Shown: piece by piece, positions 11,033 through 20,875 of the stretch
Numbering within the stretch: position 1 is the stretch's first letter
How the letters are laid out: every line of letters starts with the position of its first letter
Assembly: GCA_963662795.1 (NCBI GenBank)
Contig: OY759746.1
Span: 2,336,001-2,400,000, forward strand
From: Spirochaetia bacterium
Lineage (GTDB): Bacteria; Spirochaetota; Spirochaetia; CADAEX01
DNA length: 64,000 nt
Direction: 5' to 3'
Position numbers and translations under genes: made by a program
The notes under the pieces: model-generated
Databases searched by the model: none
Told to the model about the DNA's origin: nothing
The model's input: the letters and a program-made list of their open reading frames with translations, nothing else

Positions 11033-11341
11033 TCAGAAGGGATCGTTTCCGTATAGTTGTTTGTACTTTTTTTTTAGGAATTCATTTCCGATCTTCATCT
11101 TTCCGAGCGTTTTGAGTGCATCATCGTACTTCTCCCCGGCTTTTCGCTCTGAATCGCTTTTTTTATTGGGCCTTTCAAAGATATCCGGCAGGTTTTCTAT
11201 TGCCTGCTTTTTCCATAGGCTGATCTGGTTTGGATGTACGTCATACTTTTTAGCAATTTCCTGTAAGGTTAGTTCCTCTCGAAGTGCATCCAGAGTTACC
11301 TTTGCCTTGAATGCCTTGTCAAATCTTTGTCTTTTTTTCAT
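11033..11341 (-). CDS. IS3 transposase OrfA (HTH)
   Basis: FKAKVTL...IAKKYDVHPNQISLWKKQ. Confidence 0.9.
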   Translation of the reverse strand: MKKRQRFDKAFKAKVTLDALREELTLQEIAKKYDVHPNQISLWKKQAIENLPDIFERPNKKSDSERKAGEKYDDALKTLGKMKIGNEFLKKKYKQLYGNDPF

Positions 11342-11424
11342 TGTGTTTTCCGCTCCTTAAATTATAGCGGGTTTTACACCTTAATCATACAGTTTTTTAT
11401 GTCTTGTTTTCTGGGCTCATTATA

Positions 11425-11871
11425 CCTGTACCATGTTAAGGAAATACTCTCCTATTACAATAAGTGAGATAATAAGTGAAGATATAGAACCATTACCTGA
11501 AAAATTACCAGCGAGGTTTTTCTTTTTTATGTAGGTGAGATTAAAACCGATGAAACCCCAATTGCAGAAATTACAGGGTTTACTTTAAGCGGTATGTTTA
11601 ATGAAGAGGGTGAAGAAAAACATACCCTTACCTTAAAAATAAGAGAATACAAAGGAACTGATTTTGACAGTCGAATAATGCTTCGTTTGTATTTGAATCA
11701 GCTGATGAGTATGAAACAGAAATGTACGGAAAATTCAGCATGAAAATTGTTGATATGGTCTTTGAGGGAGAAGAGAACTATCCTGATTCTGACTGTGAAG
11801 GCTATTTTATCCATGAGATGCGCTACCAGGTGATGGGGCAGGTAGGGTACCGGATGTTTAGTTTGGAATAG
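11425..11871 (+). pseudogene. Degraded unknown gene X, copy 1
   Basis: Frameshifted segments DETPIAEITGFTLSGMFNEEGEEKHTLTLKI and FSMKIVDMVFEGEE...YQVMGQVGYRMFSLE*; homologous to 20430-20875. Confidence 0.6.
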
Positions 11872-11901
11872 CTTATAAAATATTCTATATAGTTCCCTAA
11901 T

Positions 11902-12750
11902 TTATTTATATTCAGGAAGATATTTTTTTCTTAGATCCATTAAATATTCTAAATATTTTACTGATTTCTCTTTAAGTTTTTCGGCAACTCCCATTATCAA
12001 TACATTGGCAATTGCCATTGGTACTATCGGGGAGTGTAATGATCCTAATGGGCCTCTTTCAGAACAAAGTACAACTGTAGCAAGTCTTATCATTGGAGGG
12101 AGTTTGATATCAGTTATTAAAATAATATTAATATTATTATCGTGTAGTATATTCATTATTGTTTTAAAATCATTTGAAGGGCGATTAAAACTGAAAACTA
12201 TGCCACAATCATTTTTATCTATTGTTAGCATTTTTTCAATTAAATCTCTTCCGCATTCTGTAACGAAATTAGTTTTTAATCCAAATCTATTTAAGGAGAA
12301 AGCAAGATGGTAGGCAAGTGGAAGATCAGGTCCACTTCCAAAAATATGTAAACATTTTGAATTTAATATATAAGATAATGAGCTTTCGATAATTTTTTGA
12401 TCAATTTCGTTTATTGATTTAGTTAAATAATCAATTTCTTTATTTGTAATATTTTTATATGAAAAGCCATTTGAATCAATAACTTCCAATGAATGTTTAA
12501 TTTTTTCGTCAAGGGAAAGAAAAGTCTGTTGATATTTATAAAAATCAGATCTCAATTCCTGAAAACCATCAAAACCTAAAAATTGTGCAAATCTTATTAT
12601 AGAAGTTGAACCAACATCTATTCTTTTGGCTAAATCAGAAACTGAATAGAATAAAACGTCATTGATATTTGTTATAAAATAATCAGCAATTTTTTTTTGT
12701 TGTTTAGATAGCGTATTATATTTTTCCAATATTAAATCATAAGAATTCAT
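11902..12750 (-). CDS. MurR/RpiR-family regulator (HTH + SIS)
   Basis: LSKQQKKIADY...SIIRFAQFLGFDGFQEL HTH_6; SIS domain IFGSG...ILITD. Confidence 0.92.
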   Translation of the reverse strand: MNSYDLILEKYNTLSKQQKKIADYFITNINDVLFYSVSDLAKRIDVGSTSIIRFAQFLGFDGFQELRSDFYKYQQTFLSLDEKIKHSLEVIDSNGFSYKNITNKEIDYLTKSINEIDQKIIESSLSYILNSKCLHIFGSGPDLPLAYHLAFSLNRFGLKTNFVTECGRDLIEKMLTIDKNDCGIVFSFNRPSNDFKTIMNILHDNNINIILITDIKLPPMIRLATVVLCSERGPLGSLHSPIVPMAIANVLIMGVAEKLKEKSVKYLEYLMDLRKKYLPEYK

Positions 12751-12810
12751 AAGTGAATATTACTTCTCCTTAAAATCCTATTTAAAATACAATAAATATA
12801 ATTAAATTGC

Positions 12811-12862
12811 AATGGATTGTTTAATCCATTTTAATTGACAAATGGATTATGAGGTGTATAAT
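12811..12862 (+). promoter_or_regulatory. Sigma70 promoter with palindromic operator
   Basis: TTGACA 12835-12840, 16 bp, TATAAT 12857-12862; palindrome AATGGATT-GTTT-AATCCATT 12811-12830 and half-site AATGGATT 12841-12848. Confidence 0.75.
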
Positions 12863-12895
12863 ATGGATATTATAATTTTTCATTGGAGGTTTATT

Positions 12896-13915
12896 ATGAA
12901 AAAAATTTTGTTGAATGTGCTTATTTTTCTTTTAATACCGGTTTTTATTTTTCCAGGTGGTGTAAAAGAAAAAAGTACTACTACTACTACTACTGAAGTA
13001 TCAGGTACAATAAATTTTTATACATCGTCAGTTCGTCCATTGGCTGATAAATTAGTATCTGATTTTCAGGTATTATATCCAAAGATACAGGTAAATGTTT
13101 ACAGATCCGGTACAGGAGAAATAATAGCTAAATTACAAACAGAAATAGAAGCTGGAGCTATTCAGGCAGATGTTGTAAGTTTTACTGATATAAACTATTA
13201 CGCTCTTTTATCAAATAAGGACATGCTACATCAATATATTCCTGAAAATGCAAAAAATATTTCCAAAAACTATATCTATGAAAATGGTAAATACCTCGAT
13301 TTTTTTGTTATGACAGTTGCGTTGGGATACAATACTTTACAAGTAAAGAATCCTCCAAATAGCTGGTATGATTTAATTGATCCTAAATACAAAAATAAAG
13401 TTGGAATCCCTAACCCTGTTTATTCCGGTGTTGCTTTATCAACACTTGGAACTATTGTCAAAAATAATGAATTTGGTTGGGACTATTACAAGAAACTGAA
13501 AGAAAATGGACTCAAAATATTTAGAGGAAATCCAGCGACGGCACAAGCCATTGCATCAGGTGAAATTCAGATAGGAATTGTTTCCTATGGGGATTTGCTT
13601 GCTATGAAACAAAAAGGCTCACCGGTTGATTTCATATTTTTAAAAGAGGGTGGGCCACTTATCTCACAGCCTATAGGGATTATGAAATCTTCATCAAATA
13701 TAAAAGCAGCGGAATTATTCGAAAACTACATTTTTTCAGAACCCGGCTTGAAAACTGTTGCAGAAATGAGTGGCTTTGCCACAACAAATCCATCAATTGT
13801 ACCTGAAGGGATAAAATTAGAAAATATAAAGATTATGCCTACCGACTGGGATTACGTGAATAACAAAAAAGACGAAATGCTGGATGAATTCCAGAAAATA
13901 TTTGGAAAACAGTAA
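12896..13915 (+). CDS. ABC substrate-binding protein, Fe3+/AfuA-like cluster
   Basis: GGAGG RBS before ATG 12896; spirochaete-style signal (FIFPGGVKE); YRSGTGEIIAKL, PNSWYDL, PNPVYSG. Confidence 0.85.
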   Translation: MKKILLNVLIFLLIPVFIFPGGVKEKSTTTTTTEVSGTINFYTSSVRPLADKLVSDFQVLYPKIQVNVYRSGTGEIIAKLQTEIEAGAIQADVVSFTDINYYALLSNKDMLHQYIPENAKNISKNYIYENGKYLDFFVMTVALGYNTLQVKNPPNSWYDLIDPKYKNKVGIPNPVYSGVALSTLGTIVKNNEFGWDYYKKLKENGLKIFRGNPATAQAIASGEIQIGIVSYGDLLAMKQKGSPVDFIFLKEGGPLISQPIGIMKSSSNIKAAELFENYIFSEPGLKTVAEMSGFATTNPSIVPEGIKLENIKIMPTDWDYVNNKKDEMLDEFQKIFGKQ

Positions 13916-13995
13916 GTTTGATTTCTTTCTGCTGGTAATATTTAAAAAGTATTACCAGCTATCAATTTATTTTAGATATAAAAACAGGACCACAA

Positions 13996-15681
13996 ATGAC
14001 AGAAAAAAGATACTTAAAAAAATTATTCATTCTACTATTGGTATTTGTGATTATACTATTATCAGCGTACCCTGTGATAACTATTATACATAAAAGTTTA
14101 CAAAAGGAGCACGTTTTAAGTCTTGATAATTATATAAAAGCTTTTAGTGACAGAGATTTTTTAATTGTATTTCGTAATACATTAATGGTATGCATTTTTG
14201 TTGTTCTTTTCTCTACAATTATTGGAGTATCTCTGGCATGGATTGTAGAAAGAACAAATATCCCTTATCGAAAAAAATATAGGACATTGTTGACATTACC
14301 ATATCTTATCCCACCATTTATAGCAGCTTTTGCATGGAAGCAACTATTAGGACCAGTAGGGTATATTAACAAAATATATATGGCATTATTTCAAAAAACA
14401 GAACCATTTTTTCAAATTTATGGTTTTCATGGAATTGTTATTGTTCTTACGCTTCTAACATATCCCGTGATTTATATAATAACTGTTAAAGCGTTAAAAA
14501 TAATGAATCCAGAACTCGAAGAAGTAGCAAGGATAAGCGGTGCATCTGATTTAACCATAGCTTTGAAAATAACACTGCCGATGATTATGCCGGCAATTAC
14601 AGGTGGAATGGTGTTGGTCTTTGCAACCTGTATATCAAATTTTGGAGTACCGGCAGTGCTTGGACTTCCTGCCAATTTCCCTGTATTAACAACAGCTATC
14701 TATACGGTTATCCTTGATTATACGAGATCAAATAACTTTGCCATTGCTGCTTCGCTTTCTACATCTTTAATTATAATTGGAATAAGTATTTTAATTCTTC
14801 AAAAACAGTTTTTGTTAAATAAAAATTTCTCAATTAAAGGGCAAAAGCTTGTATTCCGGCATTCATTAATTGATCTTGGTAAAAGTAAAATTATTTTTAC
14901 ATCAATTGCCTCTGTAATTATTATTTTGACTACAATAGCACCAATAGGTGTTTTAATTTTTGATTCGTTTATTAGAGCCTATGGCCTTCCGATGTCATTT
15001 GAAAATATTACTTTTAAAAACTATATAGATATATTTACAATGAGACTAACTTTGACAGCATTAAAAAATTCTTTGATACTCGCCATTACAGCTTCTATAA
15101 TAACTTTAATTCTTGGTTTTATAATTGCATATTTAAAAACAAGAAATAATTCAAAACTTTTCTTAATTATGGATTTTATTGGTACAATTCCAAACAATAT
15201 TCCTGGAACAGTATTGGCTCTGGGTATGATATTATGCTGGTTAAAACCTATACCAATAATTAAAGTTTCAATATATGGAACCTTATGGCTGATTTTTTTA
15301 ACATATATAGCCCGATACATGGCCTTTGCATTAAGAACCAGCACTGGTTCGCTTGAACAAATGGATGTTTCCATGGAAGAAGTTGCAAAAATATGTGGTG
15401 CAGGTAATTTTAAAATATTACAAAAAATTACAGTGCCAATATTAAAAGAATCATTAATGGGGTGCTGGATTTTAATGGTTGTACCAATGTTAAATGAATT
15501 AACTGTTTCCATTCTGTTATATACATCAGGAAGAGAGACAATAGGGGTGGTCGCATTTCTATTAATGCAGGAAGGTGCAATTATGACAGCATCTGCGTTA
15601 TCTGTCTTGATGATACTATTTGTATTAATATCAAATTATTTGGCGTATTATCTTTCTAAAAAGAAAATCAGTTTAATATAA
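13996..15681 (+). CDS. ABC permease, fused double TMD (FbpB/AfuB-like)
   Basis: Two EAA-like motifs (LEEVARISGAS, MEEVAKICGAG); about 12 hydrophobic segments. Confidence 0.9.
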   Translation: MTEKRYLKKLFILLLVFVIILLSAYPVITIIHKSLQKEHVLSLDNYIKAFSDRDFLIVFRNTLMVCIFVVLFSTIIGVSLAWIVERTNIPYRKKYRTLLTLPYLIPPFIAAFAWKQLLGPVGYINKIYMALFQKTEPFFQIYGFHGIVIVLTLLTYPVIYIITVKALKIMNPELEEVARISGASDLTIALKITLPMIMPAITGGMVLVFATCISNFGVPAVLGLPANFPVLTTAIYTVILDYTRSNNFAIAASLSTSLIIIGISILILQKQFLLNKNFSIKGQKLVFRHSLIDLGKSKIIFTSIASVIIILTTIAPIGVLIFDSFIRAYGLPMSFENITFKNYIDIFTMRLTLTALKNSLILAITASIITLILGFIIAYLKTRNNSKLFLIMDFIGTIPNNIPGTVLALGMILCWLKPIPIIKVSIYGTLWLIFLTYIARYMAFALRTSTGSLEQMDVSMEEVAKICGAGNFKILQKITVPILKESLMGCWILMVVPMLNELTVSILLYTSGRETIGVVAFLLMQEGAIMTASALSVLMILFVLISNYLAYYLSKKKISLI

Positions 15682-15701
15682 ATTTTGTGCAGGAGTATAA
15701 A

Positions 15702-16757
15702 ATGAGTTATTTAGTACTGGAGAATATATCAAAAACTTTTGAAAATTGTAATGTTGTAAATAATATTAATCTGGAAATAAAGAAAGGTGATTTTGTTTCA
15801 CTTTTAGGTCCCTCCGGATGTGGTAAGACAACAACATTGAGAATGATAGCTGGACTTGAAAAACCTTCAGAGGGTTCAATTATATTAAACAATAAGACTA
15901 TAACATCAATAAAAGACAATATAGATATTGATGTAAAAAACAGAAATATAGGAATGGTTTTTCAGTCATATGCTTTATGGCCACATATGACGGTTAAAGA
16001 AATTCTGGAATTTCCATTGAAAATTAAGAAAATAAATAAAAATGAAATTAAAGAAAAAATAAAAAAAATACTAAAACTTATTAGAATGGAAGATTATGGC
16101 TTAAGATATCCACATCAGTTATCAGGAGGTCAACAACAAAGAGTCAGTATAGGCAGAGCTCTGATTGCTGACCCTGATTTATTATTAATGGATGAGCCTC
16201 TTTCAAATCTTGATGCCAAATTAAGAGAAGAAATGAGAATAGAAATAAAAGAGCTGCAAAGAAAAACAGGTGTTACCGTTGTTTATGTTACACATGATCA
16301 TGCTGAAGCATTGTCGGTTTCAGATAAAATAGCGATAATGTTAGATAATTCCTTACAGCAATACGAAACTCCAGAAAAAATATACACTCAGCCGGTGAAT
16401 TTAAAAGTCGCAGAATTTGTTGGGAATACAAACCTGATAGATTGCAATGTCATTAAAAATCACGAAAAGTCAAATATCAATATATTGAGTAATAATGAAA
16501 TAATATTTTCTATACCAGTAGAAATAAACGAGACTGGAGTTAACTTGATAATGATGGTTAGACCTGAAGATATTGAAATTAACAGTAAATCTGGAATCGT
16601 CAGCGGCATTATAAAACAGAAAATATACTCAGGTGAACATGTTCAATATATTGCATCAGTAAAAGATTTATTTTTGAAGATACATTCAAAAAATAATAGT
16701 TACCATATAAATGATCAGATTTTTTTAAATATCGAAAAATATTGGATTATACATTAA
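15702..16757 (+). CDS. ABC ATPase (FbpC/PotA-like)
   Basis: GPSGCGKTT, LSGGQQQR, LLLMDEPLSNLD; AGGAG RBS. Confidence 0.93.
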   Translation: MSYLVLENISKTFENCNVVNNINLEIKKGDFVSLLGPSGCGKTTTLRMIAGLEKPSEGSIILNNKTITSIKDNIDIDVKNRNIGMVFQSYALWPHMTVKEILEFPLKIKKINKNEIKEKIKKILKLIRMEDYGLRYPHQLSGGQQQRVSIGRALIADPDLLLMDEPLSNLDAKLREEMRIEIKELQRKTGVTVVYVTHDHAEALSVSDKIAIMLDNSLQQYETPEKIYTQPVNLKVAEFVGNTNLIDCNVIKNHEKSNINILSNNEIIFSIPVEINETGVNLIMMVRPEDIEINSKSGIVSGIIKQKIYSGEHVQYIASVKDLFLKIHSKNNSYHINDQIFLNIEKYWIIH

Positions 16758-16778
16758 AAAATTAAAGGTAAAGGTATT

Positions 16779-17726
16779 ATGTTAGATCAAACATCTCTTG
16801 AAATATTAAATAAAATAGATAATTGTATCGTTGTTGAAAAATCTGAAATAATTAGCAATAATTATATAAAATTATTAAAATATCTTGAAGAAATTTCATA
16901 TCCACTGAAAAAAGTTATTTACAAATTATTGAATGATCCTTTCCCTGATTTTGCAGTAAATTGTTTATATACAGAAATTGAAGAAGTGTTGCTAAGAGGC
17001 AAGACTTTGGATAATAGAAAATTATTATTTAAAATTGCTCCAGGCTCTTCCTTCGATAGTCATAATAATTTCCCCGGTGGGCTTATTATTCACACATTGA
17101 CTAATATTGAATTAGCAATTGATAATATTGAATCATTTAAAAAAATATATCCCAAATTAACAATTGACCGGGATAACATTGTAGCTGCATTTTTAATGCA
17201 TGATATAATGAAGTCATGGATAATGACCTGGAAAGATGATTTTACATCATACCCTGATATCAATGTTGAAGGACATAAATTACATCATCTTTTAATAATT
17301 GCGCAGGCAATAAATGATGGATTAGATAATAAACTGATAAAAATTATTGCATCAATTCATTATCATCCAATAAAAGAAAAAATACAAATATATGATGCAA
17401 TCAAAATTGCAACAAAACTTGTGCAAAATAGAAAAATATATATTGATGAGACTTTATCTATTGAACAGTGGATAGGTTATTCAACAGAACATCAATCCCG
17501 TGATTTATTATTGTATTGCAACAAAATAATCCAGGAAGAAATAAAAGAATCGTTAAAAAGAATATTTAATAATGAAATTACTGATTTAAATATAAATGCC
17601 ATAAGAAATATAATTCTTTCTCTAGAAACAGATTTACAATTATATGATTATTTGGTTACTCATGAGAAAAATAATTTTGATAAAAAAATATTTGATTTAT
17701 TAAGTAAAATTATTCATACATTTTAG
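16779..17726 (+). CDS. HD-superfamily metal-dependent phosphohydrolase
   Basis: APGSSFDSHNNFPGGLIIH and FLMHDIMK, plus downstream HH and SIH. Confidence 0.7.
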   Translation: MLDQTSLEILNKIDNCIVVEKSEIISNNYIKLLKYLEEISYPLKKVIYKLLNDPFPDFAVNCLYTEIEEVLLRGKTLDNRKLLFKIAPGSSFDSHNNFPGGLIIHTLTNIELAIDNIESFKKIYPKLTIDRDNIVAAFLMHDIMKSWIMTWKDDFTSYPDINVEGHKLHHLLIIAQAINDGLDNKLIKIIASIHYHPIKEKIQIYDAIKIATKLVQNRKIYIDETLSIEQWIGYSTEHQSRDLLLYCNKIIQEEIKESLKRIFNNEITDLNINAIRNIILSLETDLQLYDYLVTHEKNNFDKKIFDLLSKIIHTF

Positions 17727-17761
17727 TTTTACTTTTGCCAAATATATTTCAATAAAATATA

Positions 17762-17935
17762 GGGTACCTCTAAAAACTATAGTGAATTTTCATAAATTAC
17801 AATAAATGTTATACTCTCATTTAGAGAGAAAGTAAAAATGAAAAAACAGCGTGGTTTTTTTGATGACGAATTGAAGTTTAAGGATCTTGAAAAACAGTGA
17901 GATCCATAATAGCATTAAATAAACTGATTAAATTG
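17762..17935 (+). mobile_element. IS5-family left-end remnant
   Basis: IR GGGTACCTCTAAAAAC (nearly identical to 19568) followed by MKKQRGFFDDELKFKDLEKQ*DP. Confidence 0.6.
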
Positions 17936-18117
17936 TAAGAAGTAGCGCTTAATATATTTTTATTGAAATTATAGCACTCATTTGTAATTATTCATAAAGA
18001 AAAAGCAGAGAGCTTTTTCTTTCCTTCCAGAAATCAGGAATTATTTCATTACACCCTGAAATATAGGGGATAATCCGCCCTTTCTTTAATAACCCCTAAC
18101 CCTAACATAATATTCAT

Positions 18118-18410
18118 GGGATTTTTTGAACTTGATCCTCCACTTGAGGAGGCCTCAAATGACGGATCTTCTCTGACCGGAATAAAATTGATAGTGTCCA
18201 GTATTGTTCGCAATTTGGTAGTTGAAAATAGTCATTGGAAGCTCCAGAATGTTGTTAACGAGACAAACATGGAGGAAACAACCAATGACCAAAAAAAGAT
18301 ACCACGTTCTTTGAAAACAAACTACTGGAATCCATAACAGAAGAAGATCCCTTGCTTGAAATGCTCAAATGGGTTACTGAAAAGCTGGTTGAATGTCACA
18401 TTCGGTGATA
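18118..18410 (+). mobile_element. IS256-family 5' remnant
   Basis: GGAGG RBS then frameshifted ...FFENKLLESITEEDPLLEMLKWVTEKLVEC, resembling Mutator-family N-termini. Confidence 0.45.
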
Positions 18411-18436
18411 AATTGCTGCAATTGTCCGGTTTAAAA

Positions 18437-19554
18437 GAGCCTGTAAAAATTTCTGTGTAACTGACTTTTTTATTCATCAGAAAACCGATCTCCATATTCC
18501 AATAAAAATAGGTTCATCGCCGGTTTCCACTCACGGAGAGGCATGCTCCATTTCTTTGAAGCCTGCTTTGCAGCCAGGTATATAATTTTAAATGCCGATT
18601 TGTCATTGGGAAATATCCTGCGATTTTTTATGGCTTTTCGAATTACACTGTTTAAAGATTCAATTGCATTTGTCGTATAAATTATTTTACGGATTTCATC
18701 AGGATAATCAAAGATTGTTATCAGGTTTTCCCAGCTTTTCCCCACATTCTGCTGATCGATGCATATTGACTGTCCCACTTATCTGAAAATATCACTAATT
18801 CCCTTTCTGCTTCATCAAGGGTTATTGAAGAGTAGATTCTTTTCAAATCCCCAGCCAGTTCTTTACAGTCTTTATAGGAAACGTATTTCAAAGAGTTCCT
18901 TACCATGTGTACAAATGCATAATCGGATTTTTGTTTTGGGAAATACTGTATTTATCTCTTCAGGGAAGCCTGTAAGTCCATCAACACTTGCAATGAAGAT
19001 ATCTTTTACACCTCTGGGAGTGAAGTTCCGTTAGTATAGAAAGCCAGAACTTCACTCCTTCGTTTTCTGATATCCAGAGTCCCAAAAGTTCCTTAATTCC
19101 TTCTGTGGTAACACCCAGGGCAAGATAAACAGCCTTGTTGATTACTCTTTTATCCTGATGCACCTTTACGACAATGCAATCAAGGTAAATTATCGGATAG
19201 ACACTCTCTAGTGGTCGGTTTTGCCGCTGCTCAACTTCCTCAAGAACCGCATCGGTTATTACTTTTTTGCCTGTACGGCCCATTACGGCTGTTCAGTTTA
19301 TTGCGGTCCTGGCTTGAATGCTTCTCGTAACCTAAGTGGCTATCCAGTTCTGCATTAAGGGCTTTCTCAATTGTCAATTTCATCAGCCGGCCTAAAGGGT
19401 TTGCAAGATCCGATTCACTCTTGACCCCTTTTGCCAGTTCTGTTGCCATTTCTTCCAAACGCTCTTTATCCATCATAATACTGCTCATTCTATATCCTTT
19501 GCCTCTGTGAGGCTATTTAGAATTTTGCAGTTACACAGTTTTTAGTACAGAGTC
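18437..19554 (-). mobile_element. IS256-family element, frameshifted and internally deleted
   Basis: IRs GAGCCTGTAAAAATTTCTGTGTAACTG / GACTCTGTACTAAAAACTGTGTAACTG; 8-bp TSD GTTTAAAA/GTTTAAAT; YPIIYLDC, IYTTNAIESLNS fragments. Confidence 0.9.
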
Positions 19555-19567
19555 GTTTAAATTTGCG

Positions 19568-20422
19568 GGCACCTCTAAAAACCCTTGTTAAAACAAATTT
19601 TTTTTTTGACTTGTGCCAGATATGCGGTCCTTTTAATAAACCCATGATTTCCAGTATGCAGTCTGTCTGCAGTCAAGCCGTTATGCCCTGCATATCTGCA
19701 GGTATCTTATCATATTATAAGTCAGATTTGTCAGTCCAATTACTGCATTGGCCCTTATTATTCCAATTGATCTTATAATATTTCCTTTTAATGATTTTTT
19801 TATGCACCCAAATACATGCTCTATCCTGCAGCGAATTTTTGATTTCTTTCTGTTCCTTACCATTTGCTGCCTGCTTAAAGTTTTATACCTATAGCTTTTT
19901 TCATGTATCCGATTTTTTATATTATTTTCCTCCAATGTGCTTTTTTTAATTGTTTTTCCTGAATAAGCACTGTCTGCATACATTTCATGATGATAATCTT
20001 TTTCTGTAATAAGGTTTTCCATAACTTGACTGTCATGCACTGAAGCCGATGTTATACAATATTTTTTTATCAGTTTTGATTTACAGTCAATATTTATATG
20101 ATTCTTGTAGCCATAATGTCTTTGCCCTGTCTTTGTAACCCAGCGGGCATCTACTATTTTCCCATTTTGCGCTATAATTCCTTTGTCATAGAGGTATAGT
20201 CCAAACTTTTCAAAAAGTACTTCTACTTTGCCTGATTTTGTAAGGGTTTCGCGAAATAGCCATATTGTTTTTTCATCCGGCACCTGATCCTGAAGCTCTA
20301 ATCCCAAAAACCTCATAAAAGAAAAACGATCCATTATTTGAAACTGAGTCTGTGCATCTGACAAGTTATAAAGTCTCTGAAGAATCAGTATTTTAAACAT
20401 CAGCACATAGTCATAGGCAGGT
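19568..20422 (-). mobile_element. IS5-family transposase remnant, 5'-truncated and internally deleted
   Basis: PAYDYVLMFKILILQ, VPDEKTIWLFRE, YGYKNH, YADSAY, RIEHVFG; IR GGGCACCTCTAAAAAC at 19568. Confidence 0.85.
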
Positions 20423-20429
20423 AATGATA

Positions 20430-20875
20430 AGCCTTTCACATCATACAGGTATGCTGCGCACTGGATGAGCTGTTTAAAAAAGCACACTTCTCGGCGCGGT
20501 TGCTGACACAATAAAACTAAACGAGCTGGATCTCTATTCATCTGAAAACAGGGGAACCGGGGAAGCAGATGAAACTGCATTATGTGCAATTACGGGATTT
20601 AAGCTAAAGGGAAAGTTTACAGCTGGTGGTTAGAAAAGCCATACTCTGACCCTTAAAGTGCAAAAGTCTCTCTCAGATATAAATTTGCTAAAGAGCCTTA
20701 AAAAAAATATATGGAATTTATAAACCTTTCACTTTATGAAGATGCAAGGCACGCAAGATTTTCAATAACGATAGATGATATGACATTTATAGGCCAGGAA
20801 TTAAAAGTCGGCTTAATTGAAACGGGCTACCTGGTGAGCGGGAAAGTCGGGTATGAGGTGTATAGAAGTTTTTAA
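20430..20875 (+). pseudogene. Degraded unknown gene X, copy 2
   Basis: DETALCAITGFKLKGKFTAGG*KSHTLTLKV and FSITIDDMTFIGQE...YLVSGKVGYEVYRSF*; stop overlaps the RpiR stop. Confidence 0.6.

Larger units (their letters stand above)
10145..11424 (-). mobile_element. IS3-family insertion sequence, apparently complete (1280 bp)
   Basis: ~50-bp imperfect IRs (TAAACTGCGCCC...TTAAGGTGTA and TACACCTTAA...GGGCTCATTATA); A9G slippery site 11066-11075 whose -1 frame runs open into orfB; no clear TSD. Confidence 0.9.

Noticed and set aside
12842-12895. Longer start for the substrate-binding protein
   Set aside because: Lies within the promoter; RBS and signal peptide point to ATG 12896.
12976-12994. (ACT)n microsatellite as a phase-variation tract
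   Set aside because: In-frame triplet encoding a Thr linker; slippage would not switch expression.
20423-20589. First ~56 aa of the 302-aa IS5 ORF
   Set aside because: Not transposase-like; it is antisense read-through of the gene X remnant.
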